From: Azolla caroliniana
Taxonomy: Eukaryota; Plantae; Polypodiophyta
Assembly (NCBI GenBank): GCA_043228905.1
Contig: JBHGNT010000005.1
Coordinates: forward strand, 24,428,001-24,492,000
Length of the DNA stretch: 64,000 nt
Reading direction: 5' to 3'
The position numbers and the translations under genes are program-made. The notes under the pieces are model-generated. The model did no database searches. It saw nothing but the letters and a program-made list of their open reading frames with translations, and was not told where the DNA came from. Shown in pieces: positions 1 to 11,679 of this stretch. The stretch's first letter is position 1. Each line of letters begins with the position of its first letter.

Positions 1-242
1 AGAAGTTTGACAACGTCATCCAATCGGTCGGCTTCTTCAAGAGCGATGAGGACCACTACCTAGGGTTGAAGATAACTCAGATTCAAAATCGACGACAATT
101 ATTTCTCTGTCAAGTTAACTATATTGGACGTGTTGTAGAACGCTTCAACATGCAATCAACCAAATATGTTTCAACCCCACTCCCAATTAGTCTTCGGTTG
201 TCTTAGCGACACTACCCAACATCTAGTCCAGAGGGGGAAGAT
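1..242 (+). pseudogene. Deleted Ty1/copia RT fragment ending in a PPT (a 3' LTR probably starts at ~243)
   Basis: 1-60 closely matches the copia RT segment at ~50096-50158. ~124-183 reads IGRVVERFNMQSTKYVSTPLP (copia RT 'RFNM..KPVSTP'). GAGGGGGAAGA is followed by tTGTTAG at 231-248. Confidence 0.6.
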
Positions 243-672
243 TGTTAGATGGTCAAATGCCAAGAAGGTTAGATTATTCAACAAAAGGGATGGGAGGTGT
301 TCAAAAGGTAGATATAGGTAAGAGGGATCCAATAGCAAAATTTCTCTGTGGGTCGAGCCAATTGTGAGAATTAGGCTTGAGATCAAGTGGTGGAGGTTGT
401 AACACATATTACGTTGTGCAACATGGATTGCCATTGAAATACATTTGCTCGTCAAGTATGCTTCTTATGACTCAATTACGGTGAATGAACGTGATTTGAA
501 TGTGCCGGTTGAAGTTTACACGAAAGTGCCACGATACAGTGACATAAAATACATAGTTAGTGAGGATTGAACCTGTAACCTCACAACAAAAATATATCAT
601 GCTCAATCATTTTAATATAAGAATGTATTTGTATGTAATGTATTTGATCTAGAAATACTCTTTAGTCCTCTA

Positions 673-752
673 GAAAGTTCTAGAACTAGAGGGTTCTAGA
701 ACATCCTTCAGAATATTCTAATGAATGTACTTCAACTCACGGTATAAATGCT
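673..752 (+). promoter_or_regulatory. Heat-shock-element cluster and TATA box in N1 5' LTR (second copy ~2456-2545)
   Basis: GAAagTTCtaGAA (673-685), TTCtaGAA and GAAtaTTC match alternating nGAAn units, with TATAAAT ~25 nt downstream. Confidence 0.55.
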
Positions 753-1392
753 TGTAATAAGTTCCTAGCCTCATCACTTCCAGTTCCATGTTTGTAGCCT
801 TATCGGTCGTAACCTTGTCATCCATGCTTTGTCATAGTCCATGGTTAGTGTGTCCATGATAGTTTGAATCTCTTCTGCTGGAAGCATCACATGTATTCTT
901 CATCACCCTTGCTTCCAGAGTTACCATCGTCATCGTCCTTGTTTCTAGTGTTACCATCATCAACATCCTAAGTTGGTTTTAAAGACATAGTTGTCACAGT
1001 TGTTGTTACTTCTAGAGATGCCATCGTCACCATAGTCACAATCGTTACTTCTGGAGACGCTTCCTCATCATCATCGTCTTCATTGCCTTGTCTTCGACGT
1101 CATCATTTTCAGCACCTCTTGTTGTCTTTATCAACGCTACTTTGCCCAACCTTCATTGTCGTCAACACTACCTTGCATGGTCTTTCATTATCATCATTGT
1201 TTCACCCTCTTCATTGTCGTTGTCATCATCTACCTCAATTCTGGGGGGGTTATGATCGCTCACCTTCTTGGTGGGGATTGCGTCAGCTACCAGCTTATGC
1301 TACCATTTGTGTTGCGTTTTGGGTCAACCTCGACTATTTATCCTTTCATGATCGAAAACTCTGAGTTGAACGTTTCGTGTACACTCCTTCGC

Positions 1393-2303
1393 TTGTTGGT
1401 GTTCAAGTTCCCAATGAGAACCGCACATGGTCACTTAGGCTTGTTCAAGTTCGAGTTCCCAGCGAGGATCGCACATGGTCGCTCGTGCCTGTTGGTGTTC
1501 ATGTTCCCGACGAGGACCGCATGTGGTCTCTCACGCCCGTTGGTGTTCGTGTTCCCAGTGAGTATCGTACATGGTTGCTCATGCTCGTTGGTGTCGTTGG
1601 TGTTTCGGTCTCCGATGAGGATCATGCATGGTCGCTCACGCCCGTTGGTGTTCATGTTCCTGACGAGGATCACACGTGGTCGATCATGCCTGTTGGCGTT
1701 CGTGATCCTGGTGAGGACTGTACATGTTCAGGCACGCTCGTTGGTGTCGTTGGTGTTCCAGTCTCCGATGAGTATCGTGCATGGTCACTCATGCTCGTTG
1801 GTGTTCGTGTTCCCGACGAGGACCGCACGTGCTCGCTCACTCCCGTTGGTGTTCGTGTTCCCGGTGAGGACTGTACATGGTCGCTCATGCTTGTTGGTGT
1901 CGTTGGGTTCCAATCTCCGGTGAGGATCGCGCATGGTCGCTCATGCCCGTTGGTGTTCGTGTTTTCGGCGAGGACCGCATGTGGTCGCTCATACCCGTTG
2001 GTGTTCGTGTTCTCAGTGAGGACCGTACATGGTCACTCGCGCCTGTTGGTGTTCGTGTTCCTAGTGAGGATCGTACATGGTCGCTCATGTTCGTTTGTGT
2101 TCATATCTCCTATGAGGTCTGCACATGGTTGCTCACGCCCATCGGTGTTCTAGTTCCCGGTGAGGACCGTACATGGTCGCTCACGTCCGTTGGTGTTCGT
2201 GTCTCTAGTGAGGTCCACACATGGTTGCTCACGCCCATTGGTGTTCCAGTTCTCGGTAAAGACCGTACATGGTTGCTCACGTCCGTTGGTGTTCCAGTCT
2301 CCA
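1393..2303. repeat. Tandem minisatellite, 48-bp unit (~18 copies) with 57-bp variants
   Basis: Consensus approx. GTTGGTGTTCGTGTTCCCGGTGAGGACCGTACATGGTCGCTCACGCCC. Units with an extra GTTGGTGTC occur at 1587, 1740 and 1893. Confidence 0.95.
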
Positions 2304-5300
2304 CTCACCCCTACACTACGCTTTCAAAAAAGGCGGCCATAAAGGGGAGGATAATGTCACAATACAATGACATAAAAATACATAGTTGGTGAGGACTGAA
2401 CCTGCAACCTCATGTCAACAAGATGTCATGCTCGACCATCTTGATATGAGCACGTAGAAAGTTTTAGAACGAGAAGGTTCTAGAGGGTTCTAGAATATTC
2501 TCTAGAATATCCTAATGCATGTACTTAAGCTCATAGTATAAATACTTGTAACCTCCTTGGTTTCAAAAGAGCATGAACGTATCCATGATTTGTCATAAGT
2601 TCAAGTAACTTTTTGGACAACTTCCTCAACTATGAGCTTATTGGCTCATCAAAGTCTCTCTTCTTCACAAGGGGGGTGGATTTGAAATACAAATATGGCT
2701 CGGTGTCCTCACAGAAGATGATGGTGTACCAAACGGTATCATTGCAAATTGGATGGTGGTAAAAAGTACATGCATTTTTTTCATTAAACAATTATCATGG
2801 AATGATGATATTCAAGTTCATGTCATGGCCCTTTGCTCTATTACTCGTGGGGTCTAAACATTGTGGTTCTTCTTGGTTTGACAAACAATTAAATAATTGA
2901 ATTTGCAACACTCGCATTCTTAGGCTCTGGTCATTGGCCCTTTTTCAATCAATTGTGAACCTCCACACGGATTTGCCGCAATTAGAACCTTCCTCTCCAT
3001 TAGAGCATCTAGTGGAGCATGTTGGCAATTGGATGCATGACGTGTATTTCGGGTAAATATGACACATGTGTCCAACAATATAAATCCCTAAAACTACAAA
3101 ATAGTTAAGCAAGGGTTATATAGGGTATTTCACAAACATGAAAACTTGGGATCAAGATGCCTATTAATTACTTGAAGTATGATGTGATTGGAGCATAATG
3201 TCAAAGGCCATGTCCAAAATGAAGTTATGTGAGTAAAGGAGTGGTTTTATGAGAGAGGCTCGTTTGCAACCTCTCCCTCTCATCCATATCCAAACCTTAG
3301 TTTTGGGTTTGAAAGATTGTTTTGTGATGGTATTCCTTAAGTCATTATATTAAGTGAAAGCAACCCTAATGTTAAACTCACTTTCAGATGAACTAGAACT
3401 GTTTCCTATTCTCCCCCTTGTATCTTTCCATTTCATTAACGAAAACTTAAGTTGATTGATTATATGTGCATTTTCTATCATTGAGCCTGGGATACTTGTA
3501 GGAAAGTGGGGGGATTGGCAAAATAATAAGAGAGCTTAAATTTGCTTAGGTGACGAGGGATGATGGTTGTTACGAGCATAATTGTAACCGTAGTTGTGGG
3601 CTAAATTGCAAGGATGAAGGGTGATGATTGAGTTAGATGCCAACACTCGAAAAGAGAACCCACATCTTGAATCATTGGGATTAGATGCTCCCTCTTGTGC
3701 AATGCTTGCCTTGCCTTGTGTTAGACTCCACAAGAGAGTTAACCAGTGTAGTTTACATATAGATATTTGTAAGTGGGTTGGTTTGGTTTTATTTCAGTCT
3801 TTATTGCAAAATCGCTACTTAACTAGTTGTTGCACGTATAATTTTTGTCTATGGTTTGGTTTGATTTTATTCGAGTCTTTATCAACTATATAGTACTTAA
3901 AATTTTGGGGATTTTTTTTGAGGTATTTATGAAATATATTAATTAACTTATTACATATAATAAGTTAATATGAATACGAAGCTTTAACTTTATTAATTTC
4001 TTTCTTGAAAGGTTGAAAATTGAGTGTACAATCACCAATATTTTAATTTCAATTGAAACCAACCTATGAATTTGTGCTTAACGTTTTGTAGATCACCTGA
4101 ACTGTTTGGTTTGAATTGAAAAAATCATCAAACAGTTTGGTTTGAATAGATTCATGTTTGGTCTAGTTTAAGTTTTAGAAAATTGAAGTGATTTGGTTTG
4201 AATTAGTTTGAGTTTGACACTTCCAAATTGTTGTCGATTAGGACACAAGAGGATCCACAAGATCACTTGTGGTCAACTTACGATAAAAAACTTAGAGATT
4301 TCCACAATGGACATTTGGTTCCATACAACCCTAAAGAGTTACCCCATGGATATCTCACCACAATAGAACTCATTGAATTTCATCATGTGGAGGTCACCGT
4401 GAGTTCTATAGTGTAGAGTTGCACTACTCAATTTGATGGTTCACACCTCTAAAGCCTTCCTTTTCATATTACCAACACACACAAACCTCGAGTACATGCT
4501 CTAGGTTAAAAAGAAAACTCATCGATTTTCTAGGATTGCATGGAAAGCAAGTAAAGATTTCAAAAGACACATAGAGAGCAGAATTGTGAGTTCTCAATAT
4601 GGAAAATATAAAGATTTTCTTTGGAAAATAGATGCATCACATCTTCATGTCGTCCTCCACCAATGAGTTTATTTTGCATTGCCGATATATTAGAGTTTGG
4701 GAAAGATATCAAGGTTCACATTTCAAACATTATATTTCATATGTTGCACCAAACAACAAAACCATATTCATCTTTGTATGAGGAAGTTGGATACACCAAT
4801 ACATGCTAGAGCTCATCGCATTCTCTGCCATCCATGCCATTGCTTCAATACAACGTAACACATGTTCTCTTCGATGTGAGACAACACATTGGGGCATAAC
4901 TGAGGAGACTCTTTGAGTATGTATATTTTTCTTTGAACAAGTGTCGGAGTCTGAGTACCATATGTACTTCACTACAATGTGCTACAATTGATCATTCTCC
5001 TATTTGCTTTCCATACATTGTCAATACATACCATTCCATGCACACATTCCTTTCACAATCACAATGTGCACACAAGATTGTAACGTTCATTAGTAAAACT
5101 TTTGAAAATCAAGAGTCACTACTCAATTCCCCACCTTTTATGTAAAAATGATCAAATGTTGGTCCCATATTTCATATTTGAGGCCCGCGGATGATCAATA
5201 AAATCTATATTAGGTTGTATTCTTAAAGCTCCCCTCTTCTTACATATTTTCTAATGTCCTAAACACAAACGTTTGCACACACAAACATACAAATACAAGC

Positions 5301-7488
5301 CTCAACAATACAGACACAAATATATTTATGTGTAAGCACATTCACTTGTGACACGTTAGTAAATGCCTCTATGCACATCGAGAAGGAATATTGTTGCATG
5401 CCCACATGCCAACTTACAGACTCAACTTCCACAAACATTATCAAGGAGTCAACTGCATGAAGCCCATCTTCGTTGGTCCAAAAACTCAATGGCATTGCTC
5501 ACATTTCATATGCAAGGACAAATTACATGGAGGATGTTAAGTGAGAGGATTCAAGCCATATTCTAGTAAAACACTACAATAATTAAAGTCAAACACGAGG
5601 CAAAGAGCCCAAACATGTGGGAAGTAGACTTCCGACAAACAATTGTGAAGGCCATAGAAAATGTTAAGCTTTGAAAGGAAGAGGTAATAGTGGCAGAGGA
5701 ATGAGTCTAGATTGTGGTTGGGTAGCTAGACCCCATAGAAAAGAAAAGAGGAAGAGAGAGAAGGAAAATGTTAGCCCACCCAAGAAACATGCACAAAAAA
5801 AGAAAGGAGAAGGTAGGGTCAACTTTACAACTATGCTTAGGGACAGAACAAACCACAACCCAGAGACATGAGCTGGAATAAAGAATTCTTAATTGCGGCA
5901 TAGATTTCACCCTACGATGGGCGCAGGGTGTACAGAAAAGTAATGGATAAGGTAAGGTCGAGTTTCAAACTATGCTTATTATAGATAGAACAAACTACAC
6001 AACCTTGAGATGTGTACTGGAAGAAAGAATTCTCAACCACTCGTAGACGTCACCCTACGAGAAGTTCTCAACTACAAGACATGCCATGGAAGAAGTCTCA
6101 TTTGATGACATAATCAAGGAAATGGAGAGTGTCATCATCTCAAACATTCTTAGTGCATGGGCGATTTTGATAAGACCCACCACTATGTACGTCGCCATCA
6201 ACAAATGCAAGCAAAGTGTTGTGGTGAGCGATGTCAAAATCAATACAAAATATAATACCATGGATAGGAAGGTGAAGCCAATGGCTTCCTTGAAAAAAGA
6301 TCACCAACATATATAAAGGAAGTAGCGGCTTATCCTAGCCTAAAAGATGCAAATAATATTCAAGTATATCACAACGGTGTTAGCCATACAAAGAGTATAC
6401 TACATATCACAAAGGTGTTAGAAACAAATGCTTGCCCTATAGAGGTGCTAACATGCAAAGAGTACACAAGTACATGACAAAAGTCAAGAATATGCTTGAT
6501 CACATGTTGCCAAAACATGGTGGGAAGATAGGAGGCAAGGTGCAAAAACTAATAAGGGAAAAATCCTCTCGTAAAAATGGGGATAAGAAGATTGATTCTA
6601 GCTCTTTGATGATGTTGTGAAGTATGTGATCATCAAGCAAAGTTGTTTGGATTATCGACATCATAAAATGGTTTAAAAAGATGGGAACTCAAAGATCGAT
6701 TGGAGCTTTCCTTTGATGCTATGAAGTATGTGATTATTGAGCATAGACTACTAGAAACACCAAGGATGAAGTGGCAAAATGCAAAAACGACAAATTTGGA
6801 ATATTATATTACAAATGTTAACACTCAATGTGGCCCCAATAGAAAGGTAGGAATGTTGGAACATATCCAATCGCATCTTACTATACCCATGAGCCTTGGC
6901 TCTAAGGGCACCGTTTCACTTCTTTGAAGTGGCTTACACAAATCAAGTGTTGAGATAGCATCATTGCATCATCACCCCATTATGAAGACATGTGATATAG
7001 ACCTAATAGAGGATAAGAATCACTTACTTCTCGCATGCTCAAAATATAATGTACTTCATGATGAGTAGATGACGTATTACGGGCATTGATTAAGTGCCAT
7101 AATCAAAACTCCACCAAAAATAGCGAGCACATATGGGCATGCTTTAGAGAGGTTTTACTACGAAGTAGTAAACACCTTTCTTAGAAAAGAGTCACATAAA
7201 ACATATGACCTTATGTGTCCATACCAACTGAGTTACTGTTGTGTATGCACTCTTTCTTTTAGCTCCAACGTGTATATAATAGTTGAATTTGTTTGTATCT
7301 TGAGGCAAACTATTACATGATTTGGAAAATACCCATTTTCAACAAATAGCCATTATTATTAAGTAGATAAGGACCATCAAGCATGATCTAGTTAGCCATT
7401 AAAAAAGCACAAGAAACATTTCATATGAAACTTACATGGAAGCCCTCTTGCAATGAGCCAAAAAAAAAAAGTGCCAATTCTTCTAGTC

Positions 7489-8628
7489 TCAATCGGTCAT
7501 ATCGCGCTCTAAGCATGCCCTTGGCGTGACAACCATGCTACAACATACCACTCGGTCGAACCGAGGCGGAGAAGGCAAAGATGGAAGTTGTTTCCACACA
7601 TATTCTCCCTCGCTTAATTCGCACATACAAACTGGGTAACCGCTGTACACGCATTCGCTATATACATAGAAAGCGGTACCTGAGCCCACGCACTTGAGGC
7701 TAGCTTGCATGTGATCGTCCGCGTTTTCGAAGTGTGAAAAGAGATGGGGCGGCATGGTGCTCACCTCATGCCAATCCATGGTGACCTCGTCGACCTTGAA
7801 CACTTTGAGGCACTCTTGGGAGTGGTTAGGGCGGCATACTACGGCAGCATGAAGGCGGCCACCGCACGCCAGTATGAAAAGGGACACGAGGTTCGGGACA
7901 CTTAGGCTCAAGACTTTGCTCCATGTTTTCGTGTGGGTGTCGAAGGACGCAACATCCCCGTAGTAGTCGGCCACATAGAACTTGTGTCCGAGGACCGCGG
8001 ACGACATCCAGTGGCACGAGACCGTGTCTCGGAAGCCGGCGGACGGGAGGGGCTGGCATGCCTCCCACTCGTGGGACGCCGACCTATACATCTCGACCGA
8101 ACGTTGGTCGCCACCATCGAGGACGCCCCCGACCACGACCAATGAGAAGGAGGAGGCCGAGGAGTGCGGGTCTCCGATGGCACCCATTAGGGCATAGCAG
8201 CGTGTGGATGAAGCAGATGTGGTCTCTTTCCAGGACATCTTGGTAGGGTTTGTGGCGAAGCAGACTTTGGAGCCGGAGAATGCGAAGAAAAGGCCATGGC
8301 AGCCGGTGAGCGAGGTGCGGTTGAAATCCGGTGGACGGAGGGTAGGGACACGGAACCAGCGGCCGAGGGTGGGATCGAATGCGAAGGCCACACTCCTGTT
8401 GTGGATTAGCTCATTGATGCCCCACAGGCAGAACCAAGGCTTCCTGCCAGAAGGTAGGTGGGCCAATTGAGATGAGAAAGAGTGGGAGGAGATGATGGAC
8501 CTCCATCGCTTGCAGACGGATGCGGATCGGATGGCCGTGCTCACCGGCAGCTGAAGCAAGATCTTCTCTTGAAGATCGCCGCTCAGGAGCTCCCATTGAT
8601 TCTTCATTGTGGGTGGCTCATCAGACAT
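7489..8628 (-). CDS. F-box/kelch-repeat protein, intronless, ~379 aa (resembles the Arabidopsis At3g24760 type)
   Basis: N-terminal F-box WELLSGDLQEKILLQLP...SVCKRWRSII. PWF...AFAFDP..RWF, LVVVGG, VEMY...WE and FD...TWS are kelch-like blades. ATG at 8628 lies inside the ORF called 7489-8706. Confidence 0.9.
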   Translation of the reverse strand: MSDEPPTMKNQWELLSGDLQEKILLQLPVSTAIRSASVCKRWRSIISSHSFSSQLAHLPSGRKPWFCLWGINELIHNRSVAFAFDPTLGRWFRVPTLRPPDFNRTSLTGCHGLFFAFSGSKVCFATNPTKMSWKETTSASSTRCYALMGAIGDPHSSASSFSLVVVGGVLDGGDQRSVEMYRSASHEWEACQPLPSAGFRDTVSCHWMSSAVLGHKFYVADYYGDVASFDTHTKTWSKVLSLSVPNLVSLFILACGGRLHAAVVCRPNHSQECLKVFKVDEVTMDWHEVSTMPPHLFSHFENADDHMQASLKCVGSGTAFYVYSECVYSGYPVCMCELSEGEYVWKQLPSLPSPPRFDRVVCCSMVVTPRACLERDMTD

Positions 8629-8747
8629 GGCGAGTAAGAAGGGTTTGGGATTGGGGGAAGGAGGAAGGAGGAAGGAGGAACCCCCCAAAAAAACACGAGA
8701 AATCACAGAAATAATGAAGAAGTCATCTCTCTTTATCTCTATCTCTC

Positions 8748-8751
<4 letters not shown>

Positions 8752-8789
<38 letters not shown>

Positions 8790-8870
8790 CTGCCTTCCTT
8801 GTCTTCCTTCCCTCATCTTTCTGTCTTCTTCCTCGCAGAGATAGGCTTGGGGTTTTGTTTATTTATAAAG
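8752..8870 (-). promoter_or_regulatory. (GA)n tract and TATA-like box upstream of the F-box gene
   Basis: (TC)~16 on + at 8752-8784; minus-strand TATAAATA at ~8860-8867. Confidence 0.45.
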
Positions 8871-11679
8871 TTGGCCTCTCCTCTTCCTTCCAATTCCATT
8901 TCTCTTTTTTTTACTCATTTAAACATTCTACTGTAAATTCTTTATTGTGAGTCACATGTACATATGTACTTGTACCTAACAAGGCCACACCTAACACCTA
9001 ACACCCTTGCAAAGTCTACCGACTGACACCCGTGACATGGCCACCTGTCTCCACAACTCAGAAAGAGAGATCATCCCTCGAATTGGCATGTATCGATACT
9101 CTCCGCACGATTATGGCTCATGTCAATAGATCTCTCCCAGAGGAAGGCGTGATCTGCTTGGTCACATGCCCTAGGGAGAACATGTGAATGTGAGAGGAGG
9201 TTCCTTGCTCCTTAGGGTGGGTTCTCTTGTTTATTCCCTCCCTTTGTACACTTGTGCGCCCACAAGCACGCATGTGAAGCATCATATAGTGCATAACCAA
9301 AGCGTGGGTGTAACGAACAACACCACCACCCTCATGTTGTTATAGTGTTGGCCGAAATTGGAATGCACACTTTTTGGGGGTGAGACGATAAACCATGCAT
9401 GTGTATGGTGCACAACAATGGCACGATATGGGGTAATTACAAGTTTTTCAATGCATGTTTGACGGTGTTTGTCAACTACTTTTTGATATAGATGAAGAAA
9501 TATGACCAATTTTGCAAGACTTACAATATATTATGACACTTTTGTCATTATCCGTGCAAACAATGGCCTCTTTTATGCGAGCCCTTGTTATTATTATAGT
9601 TGTTCTTCCTTACAATATATCCCTCTAGCTTGTTGAATAAATTACCAACTATGTATTGTAACTTAAGCAAAAAAGGATTTACTTAATAGTTCATTTGGAC
9701 GCATGTGTGACGTGTAACAAGAAATTTCGTGACAAAATGTTGCATTTATACAGGAATGAAGAAAAATGAATAATATCCAAGTAATGTTGGTAGATAATAT
9801 CATTGAGCGATGAGAAGTCATTCATTGATAGGGATACAAGATTTACATGGGTATAGATGATGGAAGGAAACAATAGGAAAGAAGAATTAATTTAGCATAA
9901 TGATAAACCATATTTAGGTTATTGGCAATATAGGTTGCCTATTCTTGCACGGGATATATAAATTGAGCATAAAAAACACGTAAATCATGGTGAACGGAGT
10001 TGGGGACATATGCGTATGGATTGTTTAGTATGCAAATGACATGACTATTGTGTGTGCATTTGGATATGAATGGACATCTATGATACAAACAATGTTTGTG
10101 CACATGTTTGATAATATATAGACTAACAAGATAGGAAAGGCTTCCCAAATCATCCATGAAGGTGTAAAATCATGAATGCCATCAATGCATAGTAGCATGT
10201 ATACATGCACGTACATATGTATGAGATATAATTATTTAAGATATTGAAAAATGTTTGTGTTCTTGATAGTGTGTAATAGTATAGCATGTATAGGCACATG
10301 GGGCTTGTAGCACCCAAATTCTACATGAGGAAGGGTGGCAAGTTTTGTAAGAACTTTGAAATATCCGAAACATGCGAAATATCTCGTTTTCGTACTAGAC
10401 TTCGTAGGGTGATTGGACGGATTATTATGAGATATGTGGAATTTCAAGTACATATTTACTAGCTCAAAAATGCCCAAAGTTGGGAACCTTTTCATCTGTT
10501 GGAGTTATAATATTATGATAATACTTGCCTCCAATTCCTCTCACAACATCATTCAACTATTATGCCAAAGAATAATGCTGGGTGATGGTGGTTCCTAACC
10601 CCTCTTTTTCTCGCTCATCGTAATGGGATTTTAAGTATGTGTTTAATGGGTAGTTAAGTGCATGCATAGCTAGTTCAACAATCAATGTAGGGTGTATGGC
10701 ATGTTAGGACTTCCTAACCATCTCCCTTCTTTATTATACTTTCATTCTACAGGAACTTTGATTTGTGGAATGTGGATTTGGTAAAGAAATTTTGAAGAGC
10801 AATTCGTGTGTGTGGTCTCAAACAAAAGACATGAATAATTTGAACTTTTATTGTGAGTGCACTTTCAAACCCATTACCGAAACTGGAACCCACAATCATA
10901 AGTTTGCATCTTTATCAATACACCATGCTTACATATTCAATATATATGTTTTATGCTTTATACAAATTAAAATACCATATTTTAGCCATTCATCTATATA
11001 CAATAACTCGATGATGTTAACATGTAATTTTTTATTCCATTACTAGTTTGATCACTCGTTCATCGTGACCTATGACTGAACAAAACCACACATACCTTCT
11101 AGCTAACTCAATAGCAATGCACACATCTTGTTGATTTAATAGTTCTAACAAAACTGTTTTGTTAACTCAACACAAGCATGTTGTGGGGTTGTCCTTAGCA
11201 ACATGAATCATGGAATTATCAAGAAGCATCATCCATTTCCTCTCTTTTCTCTTCTTGATCAAGATTCTACTTAACGTCATCCCTTCATGAAACACACAAA
11301 TGATAATGTTGTTTGTACACACAAAATTGTTGAAAAGATTGAAGTGCTTGATAAGTCATCAAATAATGATGATGAATATTGAGATGTATTTTTTCCTTGT
11401 CGAGCATACCACTTTTCTACAACAAGTTGACATTGTCCACTAGACCATGATATGAAAGCATTGCATTTACACCTCTTTATACATAATCACGTGATATTTT
11501 AGAATGTGTCCATGACTTAATGTACATTCACATTTGATATTATTGAAACTCTCAGATTGTCATGTTTCATAAATACTGTAAAACCTCTTCACTATTTTAG
11601 TTTGAGACCACACACACAAAATAGTCCAATTTTAGAGTAGGTCAACAAGAAGTAAAGTGAACTCCTCTCACATGGTACA

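Larger units (their letters stand above)
527..2580 (+). mobile_element. N1: non-autonomous LTR retroelement with diverged LTRs starting at ~527 and 2355; LTR right ends uncertain
   Basis: 527-760 aligns with 2355-2550 (gacataaaatacatagtt.gtgagga.tgaacctg.aacctca ... tataaat.cttgtaa). PPT AAAGGGGAGGATAA (2341-2354) directly precedes TGTCAC. No gag/pol homology inside. Confidence 0.65.

Noticed and set aside
1393-2303. CRISPR array or hammerhead (retrozyme) array, suggested by CTGACGAG/CCGATGAG motifs
   Set aside because: Units are contiguous with no unique spacers and there are no cas genes. The GAAA core and hammerhead stems are missing.
1156-2392. Long repetitive ORFs as real proteins
   Set aside because: They are explained by stop-poor units whose lengths are multiples of 3; several frames are open at once.
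5400-6930. Possible very old retroelement gag-like remnant with short dispersed repeats
   Set aside because: No diagnostic motif, LTR or TSD could be supported by eye.
8960-9050. CACCTAAC repeats as the left end of the MULE at 59-62 kb
   Set aside because: The similarity is too short, and no TIR or TSD was found.
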